A stretch of 64,000 nucleotides of DNA from an uncultured Fidelibacterota bacterium. Lineage in GTDB: Bacteria; Fidelibacterota; Marinisomatia; Marinisomatales; UBA1611. The stretch lies in contig CATMHQ010000004.1 of assembly GCA_950068325.1 (NCBI GenBank), positions 45 through 64,044 of the forward strand, read 5' to 3'. The notes below the pieces were generated by a model, which saw nothing but the letters and a program-made list of their open reading frames with translations, was not told where the DNA came from and did no database searches. Made by a program: the position numbers and the translations under genes. Numbering within the stretch: position 1 is the first letter of the stretch; each line of letters starts with the position of its first letter. Positions 1-9,544 of the stretch are shown here, in pieces.

Positions 1-1000
1 CAGGGATATCATCGGGGATTCCCTTTCCAACCACTACAGTGTTAAAATGGTTTTCCGCCAGGGATGCGGTTTCCTTATCGTAATAAAGTTCTACCACAGC
101 TCGTGCCAAATCACGCTTCACTTCCATAGGATTCACCGATGGTTCTGCTAATCTTTCTTCAGCATTTTTCACTACAGATTCATCCGCATCTGCTGCCAAA
201 GTAAACCATTTCACAATCATATCATCAGAAATTGACAGCGTTTTACCATACATATCTTCCGGTGTGTCATTGAGCCCAATATGGTTCCCATAAGATTTGG
301 ACATCTTTTCAACACCGTCCGTTCCTTCCAGTAATGGAAGTGTAATTATGCATTGCGGGTCTTGTCCATTGTATTTTTGGAGATCACGCCCCACTAACAA
401 ATTAAATTTCTGGTCTGTGCCACCCAATTCAACATCCGATCTCAACTCAACAGAATCCTGGCCTTGTGCCAATGGATATAAAAATTCATGGATTGAAATG
501 GGAATTTCGGACTGGAATCGTTTGGTGAAATCATCCCGTTCCAGCATCCGGGCCACGGTATAGGAACTGGCGAGTTTCACAACATCATTAAAGTTCATCT
601 CATTCAGCCATTCTGAATTATACAAGATCTTAAGCTTATCAATATCAAGTATAACTTTAGATTGCTCCACATAAGATTCAGCATTGGATCGAGCTTCTTC
701 TAATGTTAATTGTGGGCGCGTTTTATTCCGACCGGACGGATCACCGATCATGGCAGTGAAATCACCAATCACTAAAACAGCATCATGTCCAAGATCCTGA
801 AAATGACGTAGTTTTCTTAAAACAACACCGTGCCCAATATGGAGATCGGGACGACTTGGATCACACCCGAGTTTAATCGTTAAAGGTGTATTGGATTCAC
901 GAGATTCTTCCAGTTTTTTCTTTAAATCATCTTCTGGAATAATCTCTTCCGCGCCTCGGCGAATCAAGGCTAATTGTTCATCTACAGGTAAAAAACTCAT
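1..1000 (-). CDS. tyrS: tyrosine--tRNA ligase; C-terminus cut off by the window edge
   Basis: My own reverse translation from the ATG (complement of 998-1000) gives [73 protein letters not shown]... It has the class I HIGH motif and a KMSKS motif (EKMSKSYG, complement of 288-310). It is absent from the ORF track because it runs off the window. Its start overlaps the smpB stop as ATGA. Confidence 0.9.
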   Translation of the reverse strand, partial: MSFLPVDEQLALIRRGAEEIIPEDDLKKKLEESRESNTPLTIKLGCDPSRPDLHIGHGVVLRKLRHFQDLGHDAVLVIGDFTAMIGDPSGRNKTRPQLTLEEARSNAESYVEQSKVILDIDKLKILYNSEWLNEMNFNDVVKLASSYTVARMLERDDFTKRFQSEIPISIHEFLYPLAQGQDSVELRSDVELGGTDQKFNLLVGRDLQKYNGQDPQCIITLPLLEGTDGVEKMSKSYGNHIGLNDTPEDMYGKTLSISDDMIVKWFTLAADADESVVKNAEERLAEPSVNPMEVKRDLARAVVELYYDKETASLAENHFNTVVVGKGIPDDIP

Positions 1001-1446
1001 CTTTGACTCATTGTTCTTTGTATATCTCGTTCAACGTCACGTTTCTTTTTAGACTCTCTTTTATCATAAAGTTTTTTCCCTTTCGCCAAGCCAATTTCTA
1101 ATTTGATCAGCCCGCTCTTGAAATACAGTTTTGTGGGAACAGCAGTTAATCCTTTTTCTGCTAATTTTGATCCAATTCGTGATATTTCCTTTTTATGAAG
1201 AAGTAATTTTCGATCCCGAACCGGGTTTGGTCCTTCAAAACCTGTATGACTATAAGTAGCAATATGTGCACCTTTTAACCACGCCTCTCCCTTCCGGATA
1301 AAGACATAGGATTCTTTTAAACTGGCGTTCCCTTCTCGAATGCTTTTCACTTCACTCCCTATCAATTGAATCCCTGCTTCGTAAGTTTCAAGAATGTGGA
1401 ATTGATGATAGGCTTTTCGGTTGGTGGCAATGGTTTTGATTTCCAT
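997..1446 (-). CDS. smpB: SsrA-binding protein SmpB
   Basis: 149-aa [32 protein letters not shown] ... [12 protein letters not shown] ... and the basic C-terminal tail are typical of SmpB. Confidence 0.95.
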   Translation of the reverse strand: MEIKTIATNRKAYHQFHILETYEAGIQLIGSEVKSIREGNASLKESYVFIRKGEAWLKGAHIATYSHTGFEGPNPVRDRKLLLHKKEISRIGSKLAEKGLTAVPTKLYFKSGLIKLEIGLAKGKKLYDKRESKKKRDVERDIQRTMSQR

Positions 1447-1573
1447 GATAAAAAAGCGGGTGAAAAATACGGGAACGGTTAACCCTTCTCCAAGTTTATT
1501 CCTTGCGATTTGCCGTCGGAATTAGATAAAATTCCCGACCTGTTTTCGACGGTTTTTTGTATTTTGATTTATT

Positions 1574-1657
1574 GCCCGGGTGGCGGAAATGGTAGACGCG
1601 CACGGTTCAGGTCCGTGTGTCCTAACGGACGTGCTGGTTCGATTCCAGTCTCGGGCA
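1574..1657 (+). tRNA. tRNA-Leu (anticodon CAG), class II with long variable arm
   Basis: Hand-folded cloverleaf. Acceptor stem GCCCGGG/CTCGGGC (one G-U pair), 3-bp D stem GCG/CGC, anticodon stem CACGG/CCGTG with loop TTCAGGT (CAG). Variable arm GTCC-TAAC-GGAC, T arm GCTGG-TTCGATT-CCAGT, discriminator A. CCA is not encoded. Confidence 0.9.
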
Positions 1658-1752
1658 CTTTTTTAAAATTTGAAAATTGAAAAACTGAAACTTGTGATTC
1701 CCTTTTTCAAGTTTCAATCATCTTCAATCCATTTTTCTTCTTAAATTTTATT

Positions 1753-2847
1753 ATGAATATCCTCCTCATTGAACCCTATTTCACCGGCTCCCATAAACAA
1801 TGGGCTGTGGGATTTGCCAATCACAGTAGATACGATATTCGGTTTTTAACAATGAAAGGCCAATTCTGGAAATGGCGGATGCATGGCGGGGCTGTAACCA
1901 TGGCACGGGAATTCAACAATCTCACCTGGCGACCCGATCTCATTCTCGCTACAGATATGCTGGATCTTTCCACCTTTCTTGCCCTAACTAAATCCAAATC
2001 CCATGGCATCCCCACTGCAATCTATTTTCATGAAAATCAATTGTCTTACCCTTGGTCACCCAAAGATCGGGATATCCAAAAGAACCGGGATACCCATTAC
2101 GGATTCATCAATTACACATCTGCCCTGACCGCGGACCAGGTTTTCTTTAATTCTGAATTCCACATGGATTCGTTCTTGGATGCTCTCCCTCGCTTTTTGC
2201 GGCACTTTCCTGATTATCGTGAACTGGATTCGGTGGATGTGATTCGTGATAAAAGTCGCATTCTCCACCTGGGCATGGATCTCCGCCAATTCGACAATCA
2301 TCGGATCGATCATGGCGATGCACCGATCATTTTATGGAACCATCGCTGGGAATATGATAAAAATCCCAATGACTTTTTTGGTGTTTTGGAAAAAGTCCGG
2401 GAATACGGTTATGATTTCAATCTGGCTGTTATGGGCGAAAATTTCAGTCAATATCCTGATATTTTCCTTGATGCCCATAAATCATTTGAGAGACAAATAG
2501 TCCAATGGGGATACACGGACTCATTTACAGATTATGCCCAATGGCTCTGGAAAGCGGATATTTTGCCAGTAACGTCCAACCAGGAATTTTTTGGAGCCAG
2601 CGTCATGGAAGCCATGTATTGCGATACTTGGCCTATTTTACCCAATCGATTAACATATCCGGAATTGCTGCCTCCTGAGCAGCATCGGGATCATATATAC
2701 TCCGATGACCAGGATCTTTTTAATAAAATAACTTGGGCGATTGAAAATCACGAACAGATCAAATCCACTCATTTTCATCCTATCGCCAAACCATTCGATT
2801 GGGAATCCATGGCGCCCATGTACGACAATGCCATGGAACAAGTTTAA
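1753..2847 (+). CDS. DUF3524 + GT-B glycosyltransferase, homolog of eukaryotic GTDC1/QTMAN
   Basis: 364-aa ORF. Blocks MNILLIEPYFTGSHKQW, YFHENQLSYPW, WNHRWEYDKNPNDFF, NQEFFGASVMEAMYC and LTYPEL match blocks I recall from human GTDC1 (MSILIIEAFYGGSHKQ, YFHENQLIYP, WPHRWEHDKDPESFF, HEFFGVAMLEAVYC). Confidence 0.8.
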   Translation: MNILLIEPYFTGSHKQWAVGFANHSRYDIRFLTMKGQFWKWRMHGGAVTMAREFNNLTWRPDLILATDMLDLSTFLALTKSKSHGIPTAIYFHENQLSYPWSPKDRDIQKNRDTHYGFINYTSALTADQVFFNSEFHMDSFLDALPRFLRHFPDYRELDSVDVIRDKSRILHLGMDLRQFDNHRIDHGDAPIILWNHRWEYDKNPNDFFGVLEKVREYGYDFNLAVMGENFSQYPDIFLDAHKSFERQIVQWGYTDSFTDYAQWLWKADILPVTSNQEFFGASVMEAMYCDTWPILPNRLTYPELLPPEQHRDHIYSDDQDLFNKITWAIENHEQIKSTHFHPIAKPFDWESMAPMYDNAMEQV

Positions 2848-2873
2848 AATTTTCCAAATTATTGAGTGCCAAT

Positions 2874-2909
2874 TGTCATTCCTGACGAAGTGAAACGAAG
2901 ATCAGGAAT
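2874..2909. repeat. GTCATTCCTGACGAAG-type extragenic element forming a hairpin between convergent genes
   Basis: Sequence is tgtcATTCCTGAcgaagtgaaacgaagaTCAGGAAT. The 8-bp stem is 2878-2885 / 2902-2909. The left arm resembles the arms of the repeats at 55626 and 57683. It lies between the stop at 2847 (+) and the stop at 3021 (-). Confidence 0.5.
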
Positions 2910-3020
2910 CCAGTAAATCAAGTGAATTCGAATTATAATAATCGTCTGGATGCCGGATCAAACCCGGCATGACAACATCCGTTGAGTTTCGAATGATTAA
3001 ATGAATGTTTAAAGTACTTC

Positions 3021-4808
3021 CTACTTCAACAAAATCATTTTCCGTGTCTTTACAATATCCCCTGACTGTATTTTTATAAAATAAACCCCACTGGAATAGT
3101 TGGTGCCATTCCATAGGAATTCGTGTTGGCCAATTTCTAGTTTTTCATTCACCAGTGTTTCCACCATGCGGCCGTTGATGTCCAATACGGTTAATGTTAG
3201 GGGACGCATTTTTACGTCCCCTACACCAACGTTAAACCGGATCGTTGTGGTTGAGTTGAATGGATTAGGATAATTATTCAAAATGGCAAATTTGGATGGA
3301 ACCGGATTTTCATTATCAATTCCCACATTGGGATCCAATGAAATATCAAAAACCCGTGGTAAATGATCTGATGCTTCCTGGGTGTCGTCCCACTCCAATC
3401 CGTATTCCGCCAGAGATTCTGTATCCATGGCCAAGGTATTCAGGGTGTAATGTTTCCCTGTATCAATTGTAGCATCGGAATAAAAAACATAATCCAATTT
3501 CCCGGGATTAAATGAACTGCCATCACTCCGCCAGGTGTAACCCATCCGTTTATGGGTGTGGCGGGAAAAGAGATCCACAATTTCCGTAGAATCCCAATCC
3601 GGTAGAAAATCTTCACCATAATTATTTTCATTCATAATATCCCCAATTCGAATCGTTTCCACCTGTTGACGATAGCCCACAAAATTGAAATCACCCACAT
3701 GCACGAAAGGTGTTTCATTTTCTAATTCAAAGGGACCATTTCCGTCGGTTAACCAGCTACGCCAAAGTCCCATAAATTCATCCACTTGCTCCTGTCTCGC
3801 ATCATTGCTCCCACAACAGGATAGGTGAGAATTGATGACCAAAAGGTTCTTGCCCAATTCATCTTCCGTATCTAACAGGGTACACATGGTTCTTTCTGAA
3901 CTGATCAAATTGGCATCATTCAAAATTGGGAATCGTGATAGAACGACCAAATCCCGATAAGTCCAACTGGCATACCATTGTTCATCTGGAAACCAAGACT
4001 GGACCACATCGTCAATTTCGTTCCATTCCCAGTGTTCCTGGATCGCAATCACATCTGGGTCAAGCGCCTGTAAAATTCGCCTGAAATGGTGCTCCCGTTC
4101 CGGGTCGATCATACCTTCGTTCAAATTATTATAAGTTACAATGCGAATATCATCTTCGTGCCGTCTCTCCAAAGAAATGGGCTCCGGTAATGGAACGGCA
4201 TCTTCACCGATACTAAAATAAATTCCTCCCGATTCGTTTGGAACACTATCCGAATTAGGTGGTGCTTCAGCGATAACGATTCTCCCTTCAACCAAAACCT
4301 GGGTTCCATTCATGGTCATTATTTCTGAATTCCTAGCGATGGCGATTTCAAATTCAGATGATGTGATAGTGGGGCCAATTCGTAAGGTTAAATCATTTTG
4401 CCAAACATCCGAACTTCCGCCATTAAAATAAAATACGCCTTGCCGTTGCCCAAAGGTCCAATCCAGTTCAGCACCAATTCCATGATATTCGAGACCAGTA
4501 GATGAATCATTGTCTGCATCAACATAAAGGTGGAATGCATTCCAATCCTGCATTAAAAATTCGCCATTGTGAAATGAAAAATAGATAAAAAGGAATTCCA
4601 AATCATAAGTGATTTTTATTTCTGCAAAGTCAGCACTCATACCGTCCCCTTCCATATCAGAATATGCTATAGGAACATTTTCCCAATCCTGGAATTGGCC
4701 ATCAATAGTTATGGGGTGCCCTGCAATAAGAAATGAAAATAAAAAAGGGCTGACCGTAATGCGGATCAGCCCCCAAGAATATGATTTTTTTTGCGTCGAT
4801 TTAGGCAT
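3021..4808 (-). CDS. secreted endonuclease/exonuclease/phosphatase (EEP) family protein with T9SS C-terminal sorting domain
   Basis: The EEP core has IRIVTYNNLN, DVIAIQEHWEW, LLVINSHLSC, VHVGDFNF and a C-terminal SDHLPV-like motif. The C-terminal ~80 aa (NYPNPFNSTTTIRF...GVYFIKIQSGDIVKTRKMILLK) is a typical type A T9SS sorting domain. I start it at ATG 4808 (MPKSTQKKSYSWGLIRITVSPFLFSFLIAG looks like a signal peptide). The track's 4937 start would overlap pepA by 137 nt. Confidence 0.8.
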   Translation of the reverse strand: MPKSTQKKSYSWGLIRITVSPFLFSFLIAGHPITIDGQFQDWENVPIAYSDMEGDGMSADFAEIKITYDLEFLFIYFSFHNGEFLMQDWNAFHLYVDADNDSSTGLEYHGIGAELDWTFGQRQGVFYFNGGSSDVWQNDLTLRIGPTITSSEFEIAIARNSEIMTMNGTQVLVEGRIVIAEAPPNSDSVPNESGGIYFSIGEDAVPLPEPISLERRHEDDIRIVTYNNLNEGMIDPEREHHFRRILQALDPDVIAIQEHWEWNEIDDVVQSWFPDEQWYASWTYRDLVVLSRFPILNDANLISSERTMCTLLDTEDELGKNLLVINSHLSCCGSNDARQEQVDEFMGLWRSWLTDGNGPFELENETPFVHVGDFNFVGYRQQVETIRIGDIMNENNYGEDFLPDWDSTEIVDLFSRHTHKRMGYTWRSDGSSFNPGKLDYVFYSDATIDTGKHYTLNTLAMDTESLAEYGLEWDDTQEASDHLPRVFDISLDPNVGIDNENPVPSKFAILNNYPNPFNSTTTIRFNVGVGDVKMRPLTLTVLDINGRMVETLVNEKLEIGQHEFLWNGTNYSSGVYFIKIQSGDIVKTRKMILLK

Positions 4809-6258
4809 TAAGCATATCAAGTACGAGGCGGATTCCCCAGCCCGTTGCACTCCCTTTGGGATCAAGGCTGGTGGTTTTTCCGCCCCAAGCCGTTCCGGCA
4901 ATATCAAAATGAACCCAAGGGATGTTTTTCCCAACAAATTCCTTTAAAAAGGCCGCACCTGCGATGGTGCCGGCTTGCCGGGGAGCTCCTGTGTTTTTTA
5001 CATCCGCAATATCAGATTTCACCTGCTTGCAGAATTCCGGCCACAAGGGGAGTTCCCATACTTTTTCTCCTGAATTCTTAGATGAAATTTTTACTTTCCC
5101 CATGAGGTCTTCATTGGTGCCCATAACGCCAGCAGCGATATGTCCAAAAGTAACTAATACCGCACCGGTCAATGTGGCAAAATCTAAAATGAATTCAGGA
5201 TCGTACTGTTTAGACGCATAGGACAATGCATCCGCAAGGATCAATCTTCCTTCTGCATCTGTATTGAGGACTTCAATTGTTTTTCCATTATACGCTTTAA
5301 GAATATCGCCCGGTTTATAGGCTTTGGCTCCCAGTAAATTTTCCGTGGATGGTACGATACAAACAATATTCATTTTCGGTTTAAAGGCTGCAATTGCTTT
5401 CATTGTCCCCAAAACCGTAGCGGAACCGCACATATCGTATTTCATTTCATCCATTTTACTGGCGGGCTTAATGGAAATTCCTCCTGCATCAAAAGTCAAC
5501 CCTTTCCCCACCAGGACTTTGGGTTTTTCATCCCCGCCATTCATGTATTCCAGGATAATGAATTTTGGCGGTTCGTCTGTTCCCAGTGCTACGCCGGCCA
5601 ATGCGCCCATACCCATTTCGGTAAATTCTTCACGATCAAAAACAGTGAGTTTCATGCCGCCTTCGTCAGCAATTTCTTGGGCTGCTTCCGCCAAACGGGA
5701 TGGTGTTGTAATATTTCCAGGATGATTGCCAAGGTCACGGGCAAAACAAACTGCATTTCCGATAGCGGCACCTTTGGCAACATCAGGTGAATCACAGCCG
5801 AGAACCGTAGCAGATTTCAATTCAAAACCGTCATCTTTCCCGGTTTTATAGTCTAAAAATTGATAACTCCCTAAAACGAGACCTTCCCCACAGGATTGGC
5901 AATGTTCACAATTTTCACAAAAACACTCCATAGCGACCGATTCAATCTTTTTGCCAATGGCTGTTCGGGATACTTTCCCTGCAGCCAATCGTACGGCATT
6001 GGAATCAAATTTATCTTTTTTACCGAGACCGAGTAGTAAAATTCTTTTTCCGTCCACATAGAAAAAATGAGATTCGCCGGATTTGCCTTTTACATCACCA
6101 AGGTTAATTGCCTCTGTAAATGCGCCATTAGAAGCATCGTTGATTGCTGCGGCCATAGGGGTAAAACTTTTATCTTCGAAAACGCCGGCAGCTATGAGTC
6201 CAGCTTCGGTTTCATTCCATGTATCTTTGGAATGATTTACATTAGAAATGTAAGCCAT
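4801..6258 (-). CDS. pepA: leucyl aminopeptidase (M17)
   Basis: 485 aa. VGKGLTFDAGGISIKP, MKYDMCGSA and the NTDAEGRLILADAL signature are present. AAGGA lies upstream of the ATG. Confidence 0.95.
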   Translation of the reverse strand: MAYISNVNHSKDTWNETEAGLIAAGVFEDKSFTPMAAAINDASNGAFTEAINLGDVKGKSGESHFFYVDGKRILLLGLGKKDKFDSNAVRLAAGKVSRTAIGKKIESVAMECFCENCEHCQSCGEGLVLGSYQFLDYKTGKDDGFELKSATVLGCDSPDVAKGAAIGNAVCFARDLGNHPGNITTPSRLAEAAQEIADEGGMKLTVFDREEFTEMGMGALAGVALGTDEPPKFIILEYMNGGDEKPKVLVGKGLTFDAGGISIKPASKMDEMKYDMCGSATVLGTMKAIAAFKPKMNIVCIVPSTENLLGAKAYKPGDILKAYNGKTIEVLNTDAEGRLILADALSYASKQYDPEFILDFATLTGAVLVTFGHIAAGVMGTNEDLMGKVKISSKNSGEKVWELPLWPEFCKQVKSDIADVKNTGAPRQAGTIAGAAFLKEFVGKNIPWVHFDIAGTAWGGKTTSLDPKGSATGWGIRLVLDMLNA

Positions 6259-6352
6259 AATTTTCCTTATTAAATAATTGATGAATAAAAATGGGCTGAA
6301 AATTTAGGGTTCCCGCATTTCACTTCCAGCAACATAATCCACATTTTATAGG

Positions 6353-9300
6353 ATGCCAGATTGGTTTAACTTTCCCTTTCCTGTCATGGCAATAATCAAT
6401 ATTAAATCTGAAGAACGTAAACCGGCTGCCCTGCTCTTTTTCATGTTCTTTGCCATCGTGTCGGCAACCATTACTGGGGCGTCCGTCCGGGATGCGGTCT
6501 TTCTCACCCAATTTGATAAATCCTATCTTCCGGTAATGTTCATTGCCATCGCTTTGGTGATGGCTGGCATTATTTTCATTTATAAAAAACTCACTGCTGG
6601 TCAAGACCAGATTTTTATTATCACTATTTCAGGATCCCTATTCTCAGTCTCCCTATTCTTTTTGCAGGCCAACCTGACTGGCTTATTTATTCCCTTGCTG
6701 TATATTTGGATGGAAGTGGTTACGGTTCTTTCCATTTTCCAATTTTGGATATTAGCCGGAGAAATCTTTAATGCCCGCCAGGCAAAACGAATCTTTACCA
6801 TGGTGGGAGCGGGTGGATCTTTTGCCGGAATAGGTGCCGGATATGGCATTAAACCATTTGTCGCAGCATTTGGATCAGAAAATCTTTTATTTCTCACAAT
6901 AATTTTTATCGGACTTTCCGTTGCCTTGGCTCAGATGTTGCGTCCTTACCGTTCAGTTATTTCAACAAAAAATATTGCATCACCCTACACCAAAGACGAA
7001 CCAGCTACCCAATTCGAGCCCTATCTGAAGTCCATTGCACTCCTGATCGGTTTGGCAGCTTTCATTTCCAAGATCGTAGATTACCAATTCAAAATGATGG
7101 CAGCATCTGCTTATCCTGACCAAAATGATCTTGTTAGTTTTTTCGGGACCTATTATATGTCCACCGGTGCCGCTACATTGATTATGCAATTTTTTGTGAC
7201 CGGTTTTATTTTGACACGATTTGGGATTCTTGCAGGATTACTCATCCTGCCCATCACACTCGCCATCGGTTCTTCTGGATTCCTGGCCTTGGGAACTCTA
7301 TCCGCCGTATTCATTGCAAAATTCTCGGACCAGGTTTTCAAATACTCTACGAATAACGCCGTCCAGGAAATCCTATGGCTTCCCGTGGCACCGGAAAAAA
7401 AGAAACGGGCCAAACCCATGATTGATGGTACCATTCGCTCCGGATTGGAAGGGTTAGCCGGTATATTGATCTTTGCCCTGGTATCCTTTAAACTGGTGCC
7501 GCAGGACAAGATCCACTGGCTCAGTGTTTTTGTCATTTTGGGTAGCTTCTTTTGGCTGTGGAACAGTTTCCGACTGAAAGATGGATATGTGAATTCTCTT
7601 ATGAAAGCTATTGAAAATCGTCAATTGAACCTGGATGATGTGGAGTTCGATATTAATGATTCTCATATAGTTGCAACATTAGATAAAACCTTGAATGATG
7701 AAGATGAGCTGAAACAACTTTTTGCCTTAGACCTCCTGTGGACGCTCCCGCTTCATCCCTGGAAAAAATCACTCCAATCTTTATTCCAATCCGGCTCAAA
7801 TCAAATAAAAAGAGCTGTTTTAGAATTGGCCTGGCACCAGCCGGAAATCATTCCCAACAACCTAGTCATTCAATCTATTTTGGATGAATCTGACCTAACG
7901 CCCTTTGCTATTTCCTGTGCCGGCGACAGAAGGATTCCTTCATTGCGAGAAAAGATCAGCCCCTTATTGAAAAATGATGCGCCCGATTTGGCCGCATCTA
8001 CCGCTGTGACTATCCTGAAACAGGATCCAGATCATCAGGAATCGAAACAGATTATTGATCGTCTGCTGGAAAGTGATGATCCTGAAATTTTATGCACCAC
8101 AATTGGTTTTTTACGCCAATCCAGCCAATGGATCTCAAAAGATAATACCCGTCGGTTCCTGGATCATCCATTTCATGAAGTAAGAAATGAGACCTTGGCT
8201 GTCTTGGAAAATTCACCTGACCCTGATTTCCTTGAATCCATCGTACAAAACCTGGCAAATGCAACCACCTTCGATCATGCGGAAACAGCCTTAAAACAAT
8301 ATGATCCTTCCTTAGTTACGGATCGATTTTATCATTTCCTTTTTGCGAATAATTCATCCCTTAAATTAAAACTGGGAATCCTGAAAACTGCACATGAATT
8401 CTCTTCAGATGACATGGTTGAATTACTTTCTTCAGGATTGGATGATCCGGATCTGCTCATCCTGAACGGAATCAGTAATGCCCTTGTAAAGATCAGCAAA
8501 AGCCATGAATTGGACAAAACGGTCCTGGATTCCATTGAGACCCATATTGAATCAATTTCCCAACGTGCCTACCAGTTATATCAATTCCGGAATGCGGTCC
8601 GGGATGATCCAAAAGCCATTTTAATCCTTGATCACATTGAAAGTGACCTGAATAAAGTGATACCGACACTTTTGAAATTGGGCACCTTGAAAAACTCAAA
8701 TATTCCCATTGAAACATATATCAGATACGTAAAAAGTAATGATCCGGAATTATTACCTATTGTGCTGGAACTGGTGGATACCACCTTTTCATCAGAAAAC
8801 CGGAAACAGACTCTGCCCCTCATAGATCCGGATGCGGATCGGATTAAAATCGGAAAAGAACTTTTCCCGGATCTGCTCGATCTTTTAGAAGATATGCTTG
8901 AATTATGGATCAATAATCCTCACCAATGGAAGACGGGGATTGCCCTGCACTACTTACTCAAGACCGAAAATACTGCCGTCCTGAAAAAAATTAAGTGGCA
9001 TAAGGTACCGGAATCCATTTTCACAAGAGACTTGTTCAATGAAACCGAGCAGGATTATTTAAACCGTAATTTTTTAAATAACACATTTCCAAACCAGGAG
9101 AATCCACCCATGTATTCTATCCTTGAAAAAACCATTATCCTAAAATCCGTTGACCTGTTTCACCAAATTCCCGGTGACGTTCTCACCCGTATCGCCCAGA
9201 TTGCAGAAGAAATTCGCTGTGAAACACAGCATGAAATATTCAAAGAAGGTGATTTTGGCGATTCCATGTTTGTGATCATTTCCGGGAAAGTGGATGTGAT

Positions 9301-9544
9301 CCAGAACGGGCATTCCATTACCCAATTGGAAAAAGGAACTTGTATCGGAGAAATGGCATTATTGGATCAGGAACCTCGCTCCGCCGATGCCACAACTTTG
9401 GAAGACTCTGTTTTACTGAAGATTAACCAAGAAGGATTTTACCAGCTCATGGCCAGCAATCCGCAGATCATGAAACAAATCGTAAAACTGCTGACGCGAC
9501 GTGTTCGCGCCATGAATAAAAAATTGACTAATGCGCAGCGGTAA
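6353..9544 (+). CDS. fusion protein: polytopic TLC/MFS-like transporter + HEAT-like repeat region + C-terminal cyclic-nucleotide-binding domain
   Basis: 1063 aa in three parts:
- About 420 aa with roughly 11-12 hydrophobic helices. The start [31 protein letters not shown] resembles Npt/TLC-type carriers.
- About 480 aa helical region with recurring D-P-D/E...LL blocks ([65 protein letters not shown]).
- cNMP fold ([20 protein letters not shown]...[21 protein letters not shown]).
An alternative ATG is at 6386. Confidence 0.75.
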   Translation: MPDWFNFPFPVMAIINIKSEERKPAALLFFMFFAIVSATITGASVRDAVFLTQFDKSYLPVMFIAIALVMAGIIFIYKKLTAGQDQIFIITISGSLFSVSLFFLQANLTGLFIPLLYIWMEVVTVLSIFQFWILAGEIFNARQAKRIFTMVGAGGSFAGIGAGYGIKPFVAAFGSENLLFLTIIFIGLSVALAQMLRPYRSVISTKNIASPYTKDEPATQFEPYLKSIALLIGLAAFISKIVDYQFKMMAASAYPDQNDLVSFFGTYYMSTGAATLIMQFFVTGFILTRFGILAGLLILPITLAIGSSGFLALGTLSAVFIAKFSDQVFKYSTNNAVQEILWLPVAPEKKKRAKPMIDGTIRSGLEGLAGILIFALVSFKLVPQDKIHWLSVFVILGSFFWLWNSFRLKDGYVNSLMKAIENRQLNLDDVEFDINDSHIVATLDKTLNDEDELKQLFALDLLWTLPLHPWKKSLQSLFQSGSNQIKRAVLELAWHQPEIIPNNLVIQSILDESDLTPFAISCAGDRRIPSLREKISPLLKNDAPDLAASTAVTILKQDPDHQESKQIIDRLLESDDPEILCTTIGFLRQSSQWISKDNTRRFLDHPFHEVRNETLAVLENSPDPDFLESIVQNLANATTFDHAETALKQYDPSLVTDRFYHFLFANNSSLKLKLGILKTAHEFSSDDMVELLSSGLDDPDLLILNGISNALVKISKSHELDKTVLDSIETHIESISQRAYQLYQFRNAVRDDPKAILILDHIESDLNKVIPTLLKLGTLKNSNIPIETYIRYVKSNDPELLPIVLELVDTTFSSENRKQTLPLIDPDADRIKIGKELFPDLLDLLEDMLELWINNPHQWKTGIALHYLLKTENTAVLKKIKWHKVPESIFTRDLFNETEQDYLNRNFLNNTFPNQENPPMYSILEKTIILKSVDLFHQIPGDVLTRIAQIAEEIRCETQHEIFKEGDFGDSMFVIISGKVDVIQNGHSITQLEKGTCIGEMALLDQEPRSADATTLEDSVLLKINQEGFYQLMASNPQIMKQIVKLLTRRVRAMNKKLTNAQR

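Noticed and set aside
1658-3020. Looked for an integrase or genomic island attached to tRNA-Leu
   Set aside because: No integrase, no direct repeat of the tRNA 3' end, and no compositional change were found. The neighbouring gene is an ordinary glycosyltransferase-family gene.
4809-4937. N-terminal extensions of track ORFs: the EEP protein (to 4937), acs (to 11513), smc (to 35559), the SLC13 permease (from 16274), HIT (to 36058), tolC (to 59079), the isochorismatase-family gene (to 60204), the NDT-like gene (to 20514) and the kinase (to 39952)
   Set aside because: The extensions overlap the upstream gene or an intergenic repeat, and some begin at TTG or GTG. They add non-conserved residues ahead of a well-placed internal start that matches the family N-terminus.
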